A DNA stretch of 64,000 nucleotides from Octopus sinensis (lineage: Eukaryota): NCBI RefSeq assembly GCF_006345805.1, contig NC_043000.1, forward strand, positions 4,216,001 through 4,280,000. The letters run 5' to 3'. Under the pieces are notes generated by a model. It was not told the origin of the DNA. It worked only from the letters and a program-made list of their open reading frames with translations, and did no database searches. A program made the translations under genes and the position numbers. This document shows, one piece after another, positions 34,667 to 48,239 of this stretch (the stretch's first letter is position 1; each line of letters starts with the position of its first letter).

Positions 34667-35502
34667 GGTGCAGTGAATAAGCTGTTGACTAAATTATGCA
34701 AAAATGAAAGTAACACTGACATCTCATTTTAACAGATATATATGCCAAAATTACATAAAAATTCCTTGAAATACTAAAGAGTAAATTTAATCAATAAAAT
34801 CACAACTATGGTCTCCAGACAACTTTCGAATCTCCTGCAACTCTTATGGACAGTCTCCTTGTTTAAGTTGGTGAATGCTGCCATAATCCTTGTCTTCAGT
34901 TCATCTTTGGTGTGACAAGAAGTTTTGTTGGTGTCTTGCTCAATTGTACCCTACGTATAATAATCAAGGGAATTGCAATCTGGGGAGTTAGGTGGCCAGA
35001 TGTTAGGGGTGATGTGGTCAAAGAAATTGTCTGACAGCCATGACTGGGTTCTTCTGCTTGTGTGGCATGGTGCAGAGTCTTGTTGCCAAACATAGGATCT
35101 TCCAGCAGCCACTCTCTTAACTCAGGGCAGCACTATCTCCTCCAGGCACTTGATGCAGGCCTCCATGTTGAGTCTGAGGTTGATTGGGGAGATGAATAGA
35201 GGTATAATGTCACCATCACTAGTGATCACTCCAGACACAATGATGTTGACTGGCTGTTTTATTTTTATCTCTCTCGGTACATGTCCTCAGATTACACTGA
35301 CCTCAGATTGACACCCAAACACTCTGAAATTTTCGTAAGGTCAAGCAGTACAGGATATTGTTTCCAAATTTCTGGCAGAGTGAATTGTGTCATGGTGCCC
35401 AACTGACCCTACTATACTGTGTAGTTGACAAGAAAAAAACAAACAATGTGTATGCATGAAATTAAAAATATAAAATGGCAACAATTTACCCATTGCACCC
35501 TA
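34664..35502 (-). mobile_element. Internally deleted Tc1/mariner element of DD37D (maT) type
   Basis: YVWQQDSAPCHTSRRTQSWLSDNFFDHITPNIWPPNSPDCNSLDY, with 37 residues between the two D. Imperfect TIRs cagggtgcagtgaataagctgttg / caacaatttacccattgcacccta in a TA context. Confidence 0.88.
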
Positions 35503-35510
35503 TGTATATG

Positions 35511-35541
<31 letters not shown>

Positions 35542-35542
<1 letters not shown>

Positions 35543-35736
35543 AAGTTAATCCAAATGAGAAAGCACAAAAAACACAACAACGCGAGGACGTGGAACAAAT
35601 ATAGTATTATTGGACACTCAGGAAAGAAGGAAGGAAGGAGGGTTTAACGTTTCGAGCAGAGCTCTTCGTCGGAAACATAGGAAAAGAAAAGATCCAGAGA
35701 AGGGAAGTCAGAGGAAAAAAATCGCCAACGGTACAC
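35542..35736 (-). mobile_element. Short PLE-like terminal repeat with a minimal hammerhead (35642-35676)
   Basis: Minus strand: GTTT-CCGACGA-agagctctgctc-GAAA-cg-TT-AAAC. Second copy at 58688-58885; both abut TA-rich microsatellites. Confidence 0.65.
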
Positions 35737-35759
35737 AGCCATGTATGTGTGTTTGTGAA

Positions 35760-35928
35760 CGATGGACTTCCACACAATTTCAGTCTACAAAATTCTCTTG
35801 CAAGGTATTTGTCAGCCAAGGGCTATAGGAGAAAAAATTTTGCCCAAGATATTGTGCACTGGAACTGAACCCAAATCAACATGGTTGCAAAGCAAGCTTC
35901 TTAACCATACAGCCATGCCTGCACCTAT
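35760..35928 (-). mobile_element. SINE family A 5' fragment (diverged)
   Basis: Family match. Confidence 0.65.
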
Positions 35929-36269
35929 ACACAACCATACATGATTGAAGTAGTTTGTTTGTTTTTCTTTATATCAAATATTATTTGTGTTTTTATTCAT
36001 GCCAATAACCACTGATATGTATTCTAAATTCCAAATCTTATATTTCTGATTTTTATTATAACTGTTAGTGTTTCCATTCACCGTTTTGATTGATTATTTT
36101 CAATAGGTATATTTTTTTTATAGATTTTTTTAAAAGATATGTTCTTTGTTTACTTCTTTGAATATTCTGTATAAGAAAGATGGCAACATGGTTACTACTT
36201 GGAGCATTCCTGGAAAAAAAATGGCTTAGTGTCAAATGGGGATATCAGTTGTCAAATAAATATTCATGT

Positions 36270-37355
36270 GCATTTGTGTATGTATGCATGTATGCATGTA
36301 GTTATGTAGGTATGTATATATGTATGTATGTATGTATGTATGGAAGGATAGATGTATGTATGGATGGATGTATGTATGGATGTATGTATGTATGCATGTG
36401 TGTATGCATGTGTGTGTATGTATGGATGTATGGATGTATGTATGGATGTATGTATGTATGGATGTATGTATGTATGGATGTATGTATGTATGGATGTATG
36501 TATGTATGGATGTATGTATGCATGCATGTATGTATGTATGTATGTGTGTTTATATGTATGTATATATGTATATATGTATGTTTGTATGTATGTATGGAAG
36601 GATAGATGTATGTATGGATGGATGTATGTATGGATGTATGTATGCATGTGTGTATGTATGTGTGTGTATATATGGATGTATGGATGTATGTATGGATGTA
36701 TGTATGGATGTATGTATGTATGTATGTATGTATGTATGTATGTATGCATGCATGCATGTATGTATGTATGTATGTGTGTTTATATGTATGTATGTATGTA
36801 TGTGTGTTTATATGTATGTATATATGTTTGTATGTATGTATGTATGTATGTGTGTATGTATGTTCTCTTCTGTTTTATATTATTTAAATTCTTTCTCTGA
36901 GGAAGAAATTGGCTTCTAATGAAGATACAAAGCTCAATCATTGGAATGCAGATAACAAAAATGTCACAGTTTAAACTTGAGAAAAGTCTGTCTGTCTCTC
37001 CGTCTGCCTGTCCATCTGTCCATCCGTCCATCAATCTGTCTGTCTATCTGTCTATCTGCCTGTATGTATGTATGTAAATTCTTCTCTTTCTGCTTTTAAT
37101 TTAGAGTAAATTTTGACCAGTCACCTACTTGTTAGCAAGTTTTTGAAGGAAAGCATCTTGTTTTAACCATCAACCTTTGAATATATGTATGTATGTATGT
37201 ACATATGTATGTATGTGTGTATGTATGTATGTGTGTGTGTGTATGTATGTATGTATGTATGTATGCATGTATGTATGTGTGTGTGTGTATGTATGTATGT
37301 ATGTATGTATGTATGTATGTATGCATGCATGTATGTAAGTATGTAAGTATGTATG
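36270..37355. repeat. (TATG)n/(TGGA)n/(TCTG)n tetranucleotide arrays
   Basis: Directly visible; tggaaggatagatg recurs, indicating an internal duplication. Confidence 0.9.
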
Positions 37356-37356
37356 T

Positions 37357-37678
37357 GAGGCCGTGTGGCTTAGTAGTTAGGGGCATTCAGCTCATGATTG
37401 TAAGGTTGTGAGTTCGATTCCTGGCGATGTGTTGTGTCCTTGAGCAAGACACTTTACTTCATGTTGCTCCAGTCCACTCAGCTGGCAAAATGAGTGCTAC
37501 CTGTATTTCAAAAGCGCCAGCCTTGTCACACTCTGTCACACTGAATCTCTCTGAGAACTACATTAAGGGTACATGTGTCTGTGGAGTGCTCAGCCACTTG
37601 CACGTTAGTTTCACAAGCAAGCTGTTCCATTGATCGTATCAGCTGGAACCCCTGTGGTCACAACCGATGGAGTGCTCC
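37357..37678 (+). mobile_element. CORE-like SINE
   Basis: gtgtccttgagcaagacactttacttcatgttgctccagtccactcagctggcaaaatgagt resembles the MIR/CORE domain. Confidence 0.85.
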
Positions 37679-40600
37679 TTTAATGTAAGTAATTTCTGAG
37701 CAATTTGCTTAAAATTCTGCATAAGAAAATGCATGTTTTTTTTGGAAAACACTCACTCCTTCCTTTATTTGTTTCCTCCTTTGGTGGTGATGACAAGCAT
37801 TTCTTTCCCAACTGACCACCTATACTTCAAATGTTTTCAACGAGGACTTTACACAATTCTTAAATCACTGGGAGTGATTTCCACAAATAAGTCCAGCATA
37901 TATGATCAAGGTGTTCTGTCCAGGGAGAATATCTGCAGATTCTTTTATTCTTTTATTTGTTCCAGTCATTTTATGCAGGTGATTTTCAGGATAAAAATTG
38001 TTAAAAAAGCTTCTACTCGTGTAAAATTTGCACCCAAAAGTTTTCAGAATTGCTGATATGGCCAGGAGGAAAGGTTTTCAATTTAGCTGCATTTAGCATA
38101 TTTTCATGAAATAAAAATAATTTCTGCTTAACAAGTATCATATTCAAAGCTATTAAATTACAAAGTGTTTGTCTTGTTTACAATAAACATTATTTTACAT
38201 TTTTTGCCCACAAGAGATTATGTCCAATCTTTAGCATTCTGCTGTATGTCTTCTCAAATCATGATCACAGGAAAAGTTGTTGATAAGTCTTATCAACAAA
38301 AACAAAGCTGATAAATATGCACAGGTGTTGCAAAATAAGTTTAATTACCAATAAACATCAGCTTGGATGACACTTTACTCAACTGATCAAACTGATTATG
38401 TAAACAGAATTCTGATTGGTCATAAGTGTCTTCTTGTCTCAAGCTCTGATTTTCTGTCTATTCTTGTCGGAACCTTTGATATGGAGTATCAAAATTTTGA
38501 TCCCTTTCACACTTATAAAATATCAAGCAAACTTTAAAATTTGTCATTACTGTTTTAGCTGGGAGACCAAACTGATAGTTTGGTAACATGCTAAAATAAA
38601 CATTAAAAATCAAAAGGAGAAAATAAACAGCTTTGCAAGTTTAACTCAGTGTTTATTGAACAAGAGAGGTGTGAAATTTAAGAAGCGACTTGTTAGAATA
38701 TCCACATCTGTGAGGTAACATAAACAAGAATAGCAAAAATCTACTACACCACAAGAACTGGTAATACATACATTACAAGTTGTTATGTCACACATTTGGA
38801 TGCCTTCTACTCGACTCACTATTCAACTGTTCTAGTCTACCCTGACGTCTAGACTTCTCCCTCTATATCTACATATTGGGCTAGTCTACTTCATCATCAG
38901 GGGGTGTCAACACAACACAAGTGTTCTATGAAGAGAACATAATGTTGCTGCATAATTCAACATGAATGTGAAACGACATTAAACATCGTATAAGGTAAAT
39001 GAAAGTTTCTGTAGGAATGCTAAGTCATATTCACTTAGTGAGTTTACATGCACAAGGATGAATTATGATGTTGTCATCAGCGATGTCGGGAGTGATGAAT
39101 TTTATTGCCCTAACATGGAGAAAGTGAGCAATAGCTTCCTGGAAGCAAACGCAAGCTAGACTTCTTAAGCGGAGAAAAACTAAATGAAAAATGCAGTCAC
39201 AGAATCATAGAATTATCGTTAGTATTGAACCAGAAAAAGCACAGAAATAGTAATTAAGCGTGGAAAAGTACAGGACAAGAAGGAAAAACATAAAATATTG
39301 CTGCTGAAGATAGAATTTAAAAACTAAAATAGTAATAAATGCCCTTCTGTGTATTTCTTTTAGTTTTAATTAAAAAAATTTAAATTGAAATACTCAAGAA
39401 GCTATTTATTTTCAATTTTAGTGAAAAATTTAATTGCCTGCAAGTTTACACATTAAAAATTTGATATTACCAATTTCTATATCTAAAAAATTACTTCATA
39501 GTAATTTAAGCAAAATTGGCAATTAGAACCCCTATGTTTTAAAAAAACTGCTACAATCATTTTTATATTTTGCTCTCAATTTGTTCATTAGCTTTCATTT
39601 TTTAAATGTTTTTCTAACTGTAAATCGAAATTACTTTGCTATCTGATAATATAAACTTTATGGAAATTAATTTTTTTTTTACAATATTTTACTGTTTTGA
39701 ATTACATATGTTCTACATGAGCTTAATTTTATAATACAATATCTGTGAATTGAAATTTTTGGATAATGAGTTTTGTTAAGAAAGTAAAATTAAAAAAATA
39801 ATATAATACTAAAAATAAAACAGAAATGTTTTAGCTTAATACAAGGAAATTTTTAAATAAAAAATATTAACTTAAATTTTTAAATGTTGCAATAAAAAGC
39901 AATATATATATATAAATCAGAACAGTGTGCGCACAGTTTGATGAACAATTTCAGAAATTTATTTAGAAAATTCTAACTTCAGCAGCAATATTAATTTTTA
40001 TTTATTCTTGTCCTCTAGTTTTCCAAGCTTAATTACTACTTGCTCTGTACTTTTCCAAGTTCAATACTTATGAATATTCTAGGATTCTCTGACGGCATTT
40101 TTCATTCTAGTCCACATTTGTTTCGGGCAATACTTCTGTTATTATAATTAATTATATTTACCTTTATAATTGAAAAAAAAAATGATATTGTAAGTATTTT
40201 TCAAATACAGATTTTACTCAAACTTAGAAATTTTGTTTGCATCTAAAAATAACAAATTTTTTACAAATAAATATACTTTTAAATAATTGTCATTGTGAAA
40301 TAATGTTATATTCTAATTAAATAATTAATAATTAGTTGTTTTAATGAGTGGAATTTTTTATTTCAATATGTTTTTAAATGTACATATTTTAACACATAAA
40401 CAGAATAATAAAAATTTATATGAAATCACAAAAAATTACAAGTTTTTATGCTTAATATTTTTAGACAGGTTTTTTTACAGAATATTTGTATCAATGAACT
40501 CTTTTATTTAAGTTCAAATAATATTATTTTTCTCTTAAAAAGACAAAAATATTTTGATTTCTTAAATTTACCGCCATTTTTTCTTCACTTAAAGCCACAC

Positions 40601-41029
40601 AACTTTCTTTTGGAGATTATATTTTTTGACATGATTCCACCATACAATTCTTCTCATAGAGCTCTTTTGTCTGAAGTAAATCTCAAACACAGAATAACTG
40701 TGAAAACAGCTTAGAAGATTGACTAAATATCCTTAGAAAATGGAAAAATGGCCAGGAAGCCACTATGAAATATCAAACCTCGTACCTCTCAGGTTCTGGT
40801 TAAGTGCTCTGTATTGTTAAGCTAAGTGATCCACAACATCAGATAACATCTTTTATAATGCTAAATATCTTAAAATGACAAAAATATTTTGGTTTGTCAA
40901 AATAATCACCATTATTCTTTGGTCACTTAAAGCCACAAAGCTTTCTTTGTAGCTAATATTTTTTGACTAGGTTTTCACCATAAGATTCACTTCATAGTGA
41001 ACACAACTATTGTATAGCTTTGTTTTACA

Positions 41030-41445
41030 ATCATCATTCATCATCATCATCGTTTAACGTCCACTTTCCATGCTAGCATGGGTTGGACGATTTTGACTGA
41101 GGGCTGGCAAACCAGATGGCTGCACCAGGCTCTAATCTTGATCTGGCAGAGTTTCTGCAGCTGGATGCCCTTCCTAATGCCAACCACTCCGAGAATGTAG
41201 TGGGTGCTTTTTATGTACCACCAGCATGGGGGCCAGTCAGGCGGTACTAGTAATGACCTCGCTTGAATCTTTTTACACATGCCACTGGCACAGGTGCCAG
41301 TAAGGCACCACTGGTAACGATCATGCTCGAATAGTGTCCTTTTACGTGCCACCAGCACGGAAGCCAGTTAGCCACTCTGGCAATGATCACACTTGGATGG
41401 TGCTCTTGGTACCCTACTAGCACGGACACAAGTGCCAGTAAGACG
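41030..41445 (-). mobile_element. RTE-type LINE 3' tail
   Basis: Family match; same subfamily as 45262-45770. Confidence 0.8.
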
Positions 41446-41884
41446 CAATAGCTGAGCTATTTTGATTCAAAGTCAATATTGGGGGTTACTTACCATTCTT
41501 TCATCATTTAAAGCCACACTACTTAGTAGCTACTTCATAGCTAATACGTTTTATTGAGGTTTTCACCAAAAGATTCTTCTCGGTGAGCACATTGCTTTAA
41601 AACCCAATTAATCTATACTTTCCTTTTTAAAATAACTGAGATATTATGGTTGAAAATCAGTTTTCCACCTTACTCTTCCATTTTTGACCTCACATATCTT
41701 AATCTAACTTTTTTTTAATGAACTAAATTCCAATTATTTGACCTCAAAATTCATCCAAAGACTGGAGTATCATTGCTAAAAAACTGCATTCATTTTAGTT
41801 GAGAACTGAAATAGTGAAGTACTAAAGAGTAACTAAAAGTTAGCCACAAGAATATACTCACACACTGCCATGAGTGAATGATAT

Positions 41885-42299
41885 ACTCTTTACTCTTTTA
41901 CTCTTTTACTTGTTTCAGTCATTTGACTGTGGCCATGCTGGAGCACCGCCTTTAGTCGAGCAAATCGACCCCGGGACTTATTCTTTGTAAGCCCAGTACT
42001 TATTCTATCGGTCTCTTTTGCCGAACCGCTAAGTGACAGGGATGTAAACACACCAGCATCGGTTGTCAAACAATGCTAGGGGGACAAACACAGACACACA
42101 AACATATACACACACATACATATATATATATACATGACAGGCTTCTTTCAGTGTCCGTCTACCAAATCAACTCACAAGGCATTGGTCGGCCTGGGGCTAT
42201 AGCAGAAGACACTTGCCCAAGGTGCCACGCAGTGGGACTGAACCTGGAACCATATGGTTGGTAAGCAAGCTACTTACCACACAGCCACTCCTGTGCCTA
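41885..42299 (-). mobile_element. SINE family A
   Basis: Full length. Confidence 0.88.
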
Positions 42300-42601
42300 T
42301 ATATATATATACTTAAAAATAAGTTTTGAAGAAACCAAAGTTGGTGGAAACCTGAAGGTGGAAGGTCGGGGAATATAGAAGCTGCAGCTAAGTTTCCCAG
42401 CAGTATACAAGAAGGTACCCAAAAGTAACCAGAAACGTTCTCTGTGGGACAAGCCCATTGTAATTCAGGCTTCTGCTGATAGAAATTCTTGGTGCAACCC
42501 TCAGTTATCAGTATACTGACTGGCATCATCAAGTGAAGTCGTACTGCCACGTGATGCATCTTTGTTTTGTAGTGCTTCACCTCTGCTCATCAATTCTTAT
42601 G

Positions 42602-42946
42602 ATGGCCGAAATGAAAGAACAGCATGTTTCTGTGAAATTCTGTTTTTTTGCTGGGGAAAACGATGGCCAAAACAGTTGTCATGCTTCAAACGGCTTACAA
42701 TGACGTTACTATGAACAAAACACAAGTTTACAAGTGGTATTCGCATTTTAGGAATGGTTACTTATTGCTTGAAAACCAACCTAGTTCAGGATGACTGTCG
42801 ACCTCTTAAACAAATGAAAACATCAGGAAAATTCATAAACTGATCTTGGAAGACTGTCACTGAACAATTGATGAACTTGTTGATATGATTGGTGTGTCCT
42901 GGAGCTCCTGGCAACGAATTTTGAATGAAGAATTGCGAATGAAAAA
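42602..42946 (+). mobile_element. Mariner transposase N-terminal (HTH) pseudogene fragment
   Basis: MAEMKEQHVSVKFC..GKTMAKTVVMLQTAYNDVTMNKTQVYKWYSHFRNG...ELVDMIGVSWSSWQRILNEELRMK, with stops and a frameshift. Confidence 0.85.
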
Positions 42947-43081
42947 TATCTCAGACCAAAGTATCTCAGACTAAAGTGGTTTAGACCAAAGTGCTGTATC
43001 CCATTGTGTTGTATTATATACTTATATTGCATAGTATATATATATGTGTGTGTGTGTGTATGTATGTATGTATATATATAT

Positions 43082-43082
<1 letters not shown>

Positions 43083-43128
<46 letters not shown>

Positions 43129-43290
43129 TGTTTAACGTTTGCTTTCCATGCTGGCATGGATTGGAAGGTTTGACATGGAACTGGCCAGCTGGGAGCTCCA
43201 ATTGTTTGTTGTGGTATGGTTGCTATGGCTGGATGCCCTTCCTAACACCAACCACTTAACAGACAGCTGGTAGCTTTTTATGTCCCACTG

Positions 43291-43292
<2 letters not shown>
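43083..43292 (-). mobile_element. RTE-type LINE 3' tail
   Basis: Family match adjacent to (TA)n. Confidence 0.75.
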
Positions 43293-43324
<32 letters not shown>

Positions 43325-43730
43325 GCACTCACACACACTCTCGCACAAATGCACACATATATTAGGTGTGTTCTAGTGTGTGTATTGTATGTGATGTGTG
43401 TGTGTGTGTATTATGTTTGTGGTTGTGTCTGGGTATTATCAATCCTGTCTTTATGCCTGGGTACACTGGGCAGTTACTCAGAGCTCCCATGGGCCTACGG
43501 GCCCAATTCCAATCTATGTATTTTGGGTTTGCTGTCAGTGTATAAATACTATAGGGCCAAGTGCACTAATTTGTACAGGAACCTGGAATGCCATGAAAAC
43601 AGCTCTGGGTACTCTTCCTGTTGGTGTTATGTGCATTATATATGTTGTGTGGGTCTTATGTATATTGTATTGTACAGATATTATGTACGTTGTATTGTGT
43701 GTACTTTATATACACGATATTGTTGTGTGT

Positions 43731-44130
43731 TTACCTCTGCTAAGGAAGGAGGTTGTGTTTTCATCGGCATTGGTTTGTCTGTCTGTCCGTCTGTGTACAA
43801 AATAACACAAAAAGTTGTGAACGGTATTTGATGAAACCTACAGAAAAAGTTAGTAATAACACCAGGAACAAATGGTCAAATTTTGGTAGTGATCTGGGAA
43901 TTTTTATGGAATCTTGAAAGATTTTTCATTTGTTATATTTACTTTACAATCACAATGTTATATTCTTTGATTATCTCCCTTGAAAACACGTTCATCGTTT
44001 CCATGTAACCTATGGTGGCGTTGCTGTATCCAAAGTTTATTTACGTTTCTTTATTAGTAATTTTACTCACGTATCTCTCTTAAAATGAGAAACTTGGCAG
44101 AGGTCTGTACTCTCTGAGTGCTTTTCTAGT
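43731..44130 (+). mobile_element. Helentron-associated (HINE/DINE-1-like) non-autonomous element
   Basis: subTIRs acctctgctaag / cttggcagaggt, a (tctg)n tract near the 5' end, and a 3' hairpin gtactc..gagtgc followed by ttttctagt. Confidence 0.7.
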
Positions 44131-44760
44131 ATATGTATGTCATCTTGTGTAGGTATTATGTGTTGTTGTTTATGCTGTATTGTGTGTGTATCATGTGTTA
44201 TGTGTGAGCAATATGTGTATTGTATTGTGTGTACATTATTCACGCTGAATATCTTCTTTGTGTTTTCTGTCTCTCATGTGTTGTTTTGTACAGATGTCGT
44301 TTGGAGATGGGGTTGATGTTCCTTTGGCATTTTTTAAAATGTTAACTTTTATTCTTCAAAGACGGCAAAATCTTACAGACACTCCATATTTAGAATAGAA
44401 TAAAATTTAATTAATGTCATATGCAAAAGTGTGGTACGTTGAAATTTCGCTTCAGACAATTCATAAGTTAAATAAATAAGATCAGACACCAAAGATTTCT
44501 GAGATAATATGCAAGAAAGAGCATTAAAAAAAAAAATCAAATCAATAAAGGTAGTAAAATATACACTGTTAAATATTTACCGTTTGGTCTCTGGCATTTT
44601 TCTGCTTGAATGTCTGTCAGTTTCTTGATATAGCATCAAAGAAAAGGCTGTTTCATTGTCATCATTTTCATCGTCGTCGTCATCATCATAATCATCATCA
44701 TCATCATCATTACTGTCATTATCATCATCATCATCGTCATCATCTTCATCATTGTCGTCG

Positions 44761-44816
<56 letters not shown>

Positions 44817-44819
44817 GTC

Positions 44820-45065
44820 ATCGTCATCACCTTCATCATTGTCGTCATCATCATCACTATCATTTAACGTCCACTTTTCCATGCCTGCATGGGTCAGACA
44901 CAGTTTGTTGAGGTAGATTTTCTACAACTGGATGCCCTTCCTGTTGCCAACCCTTGCCCATTTCCAAGTAAGGTAATATTTCCTTGTGGTCAGACACGTT
45001 TTTTCCACAGAAGACTGGAAATGAAGAGCATTGCTGTGTGATAGACAGTAAAATGCATTTACAAA
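44820..45065 (-). mobile_element. RTE-type 3' tail (diverged) with an expanded (CAT)n from 44655
   Basis: catttaacgtccacttttccatgc...ctggatgcccttcctg. Confidence 0.7.
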
Positions 45066-45261
45066 AAACCAAGACAAGGAAATGTCAATTCATACACATT
45101 CTGGCACAAGGTGCTACACAATGGGATTGAACATGGAACCATGTGGTCGAGAAGCAAGCTTCTTAGCCACACAACCATGCCTGCACCTCTCTCTAAATTA
45201 CAATACAACATTATGTTTAGAGCAAAACCAAAGTCTGGGAAGAATTGTGAGGTACTGGCAA

Positions 45262-45770
45262 TCATCATCATCATCCTCATCATTTAATGACCGCTTTCCT
45301 TGCTAGCATGGGTTGGATGGTTTGACTGAGGGCTGGCAAACCAGATGGTTGTACCAGGCTCCAGTCTTGATCTGGCGGAGTTTCTACAGCTGGATGCCCT
45401 TCTTAATGCCAACCACTCCAAGGGTGTAGTGGGTGCTTTTACATGTCACCGGCATGGGGACCAGTCAGGTGGTACTGGCAACAACCTCGCTCGAATCTTT
45501 TTACACATGCCAATGGCACAGGTGCCAGTAAGGCGATGCTGGTAACAATCCCACTCGAATGGTGCCTCCTACATGCCACCATTACAGAAGCCAGTTAGCC
45601 ACTCTGGCAATGATCACACTCAGATGGTGCTCTTAGCACCCCACTAGCACTGGGCACAAGTGCCAGTAAGGCGAAGCTGGTAACGATCACTCTTGAACGG
45701 TGCCTTTTATGTGCCACTGGCACAGAAGCCGGTTAGCTGCTCTGTCAATGATCACACTCGTATGGTGCTT
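45262..45770 (-). mobile_element. RTE-type LINE 3' tail with tandem units
   Basis: Family match. Confidence 0.8.
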
Positions 45771-46424
45771 GAGCAATATTCGGTCATGACAAATATTATT
45801 CAGTAAATATTGTGAGCCTATTTGTATGCCGTTGTGAGTTGAGGAATCTGGCATTTCAGAACAGATTGCTTCATCTGAGAGATACTAAAAGAAAAAACAA
45901 TGTTTTCTCTCCCAGATGAAGAGCAAGTAGTCTCAAAATGGAGGGCTTTTCTTTCTCCCCACAGTAAATTCATGAATCATACATTATTTTGGTAGTGTAG
46001 TTTTTATTTAACACCAGGACTATCATGATTAAGTAGACCTATGGTCAGAGGCATTTGACTATGTTGTCATTTTGTATATTCTAGAACTACGCTATCCAGT
46101 ATCTTTTTTATGTTTTAAGTAAGTAGAATGGGATTTGTGAGAGAGACAATGAGAGAGATTTGTTTGTTATTTCTTGTATATTGAATGACCACATAGAGGT
46201 GCCTTCTATTATGGCTTTTGCTGTTGTTGCTATTGTTAGATTCATTGTTACTGTTTAGCCCCAGGACGGACTGACCAAGCTGACCTCTGGTACTTATTTC
46301 ATCGACCTTGAAAAGATGAAAGGCAAAGTCAACCTTAGTGACATTTGAACTCAGAACATAAAACCACGAAGAAATGTCATTCTGCATTTTCTCCTGCGTG
46401 GAGACAATTCTGCCAGGTAATAAA

Positions 46425-47340
46425 ACTAGAATAATGAAATGGAATATAGCATGTAGACTTAAATGCAAGGAAAGCCGCACACAGATCATAAACCATTCTG
46501 TTTCCTTCAGTCACTTTTACATTAGTTCTGAGAACAATGTTTCAAATGAGAAAATAGTTACGAGTGCTTTGCAAGAATTTTAAGAGTACTAACATTTTTG
46601 GCCATGTAGTTCCATATTCTGAGAAATTCAGACTGGATATTTATTCACGATTATTGTTACACGTTCACATTCAATTTCTTCTAAATCAACTCCAAATCTA
46701 ATGGATTTTTGCTTCCAAGTAGGACCGAATTAGAAGTCGGCTAACTGCATTTATATATCTCCTAAGTTTAACCACTCAAACACATCCATGAAATCTGCTT
46801 CAACAGGATATTTTATAAATTGTATTGATTTTTTCACCTTGCTCTCTGAATTGCACAAATCTAAAAGAAAACTGCTCAGTCATGGCTTTTATAACTTCGC
46901 TAAACCATTTTGCACGTTGTTCAAGTTTCTTACAGCTGGGTTCTTCACAAAAAAAAAAGTAAAAACAAAAAAAATGAATTAATAATAAAAATGTCTTCAC
47001 TCTTGGGAAGCACTTGAAACTTTTTCTTTCTAATTCACACTGAAATATTGCCAAGTCTCAAAACAGTTGAATCAAGCTCCAAACATTATGTGAATAGATT
47101 TCTCTGAAACCTTGCAATTTAATACTAAGTTCTTTTAGATGCAATGAAAAAGCTGTGAAAAAAAAGCATAGCTTTACTGAGCTAAGCTAAAACATTTAGC
47201 TGAGGAAAATCATGCTCAAAGCTTTTCATATCAAAAAAAAATTCTGATTTCACTTAGAGATTCAACAAACTATTCAAGTTCTTGGCAAATTTTCCTTACT
47301 AATCCATCATGATTAGAATCTCTGTGAAAACGTTTCACTA
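46425..47340 (-). mobile_element. hAT (Charlie/GTF2IRD2-like) transposase pseudogene fragment
   Basis: Minus-strand pieces WISKGK, HLKELSIKLQG, FKCFPRV and EQFSFRFVQF resemble RWLSRG...HLNxLNxKLQG...EFxxRFxDF. Confidence 0.7.
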
Positions 47341-47343
47341 TAA

Positions 47344-47505
47344 GGCACAGGGGAGGCTGTGTGGTAAGAATTTTGCTTCCCAACCACATGGTTTCTGGTT
47401 CAGTCCCACTGCATGACACCTTTGGCAAGTGTCTTCTACTATAGTTTCGGGTTGATCAAAGCCTTGTGAGTGGATTTGGTAGACGGAAACAGTAGGAAGC
47501 CTGTC
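47344..47505 (+). mobile_element. SINE family A 5' half
   Basis: Family match. Confidence 0.8.
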
Positions 47506-47539
47506 ACACACACAAGGACTTATATATATTTATATATAT

Positions 47540-47716
47540 ATTTCTTTACTACCCACAAGGGGCTAAACACAGAGAGGACAAACAAGGACAGACAAACGGA
47601 TTAAGTCAATTACATCGACCCCAGTGCGTAACTGGTACTTAATTTATCGATCCCGAAAGGTTGAAAGGCAAAGTCGACCTCGGCGGAATTTGAACCCAGA
47701 ACGTAACAGCAGACGT
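47540..47716 (-). mobile_element. Meta-domain-like SINE (5'-truncated)
   Basis: Family match. Confidence 0.8.
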
Positions 47717-47812
47717 TCATATATTTATATATATATATATATAATCATCATCATCATCATCATCATCGTCATCATCCTAGTCCTCTTCCTCCTCCTCCTC
47801 ATCATCATCATT

Positions 47813-48207
47813 AAGGCAGCAAGCTGGCAGAATTGTTAGCATGCTGGATGAAATGCTTGGCGGTACTTTGCCTGTTGCTACATTCTGAGTTCAAATTTCA
47901 CCAAGGTTGTCGTTGCCTTTTATTCTTTCAAGGTCGATAAAATAAGTACCAGTTAAATGCTGGGGTTCATGTAATTTACTAATTCCCTCTCCCAAAATTT
48001 CAGGCCTTATGCCTTTAGTAGAAAGGATTATTATTATTATTACTTTGTCTATTGCTACATTCTGAGTCCAAATTCCACCGAGGTTGACTTGCCTTTCATC
48101 CTTTCAGGGTTGATAAGTTAAGTACCAAGAAAACACTGGGGTTTTATATAATCAACTAGTCCTCTCCCCTAAAATTTCAAGCCTTGTGCCTATAGGAGAA
48201 AGGATTA
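47813..48207 (+). mobile_element. Meta-domain-like SINE, (ATT)n-tailed variant, dimeric
   Basis: Two 3' halves, each ending agaaaggattat(tat)n. Confidence 0.8.
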
Positions 48208-48239
48208 TAATAATAATAATTATTATTATTGTTTTACTT

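Noticed and set aside
44294-44398. Exon/ORF after a strong acceptor (MSFGDGVDVP...)
   Set aside because: Short, with no convincing donor or homology.
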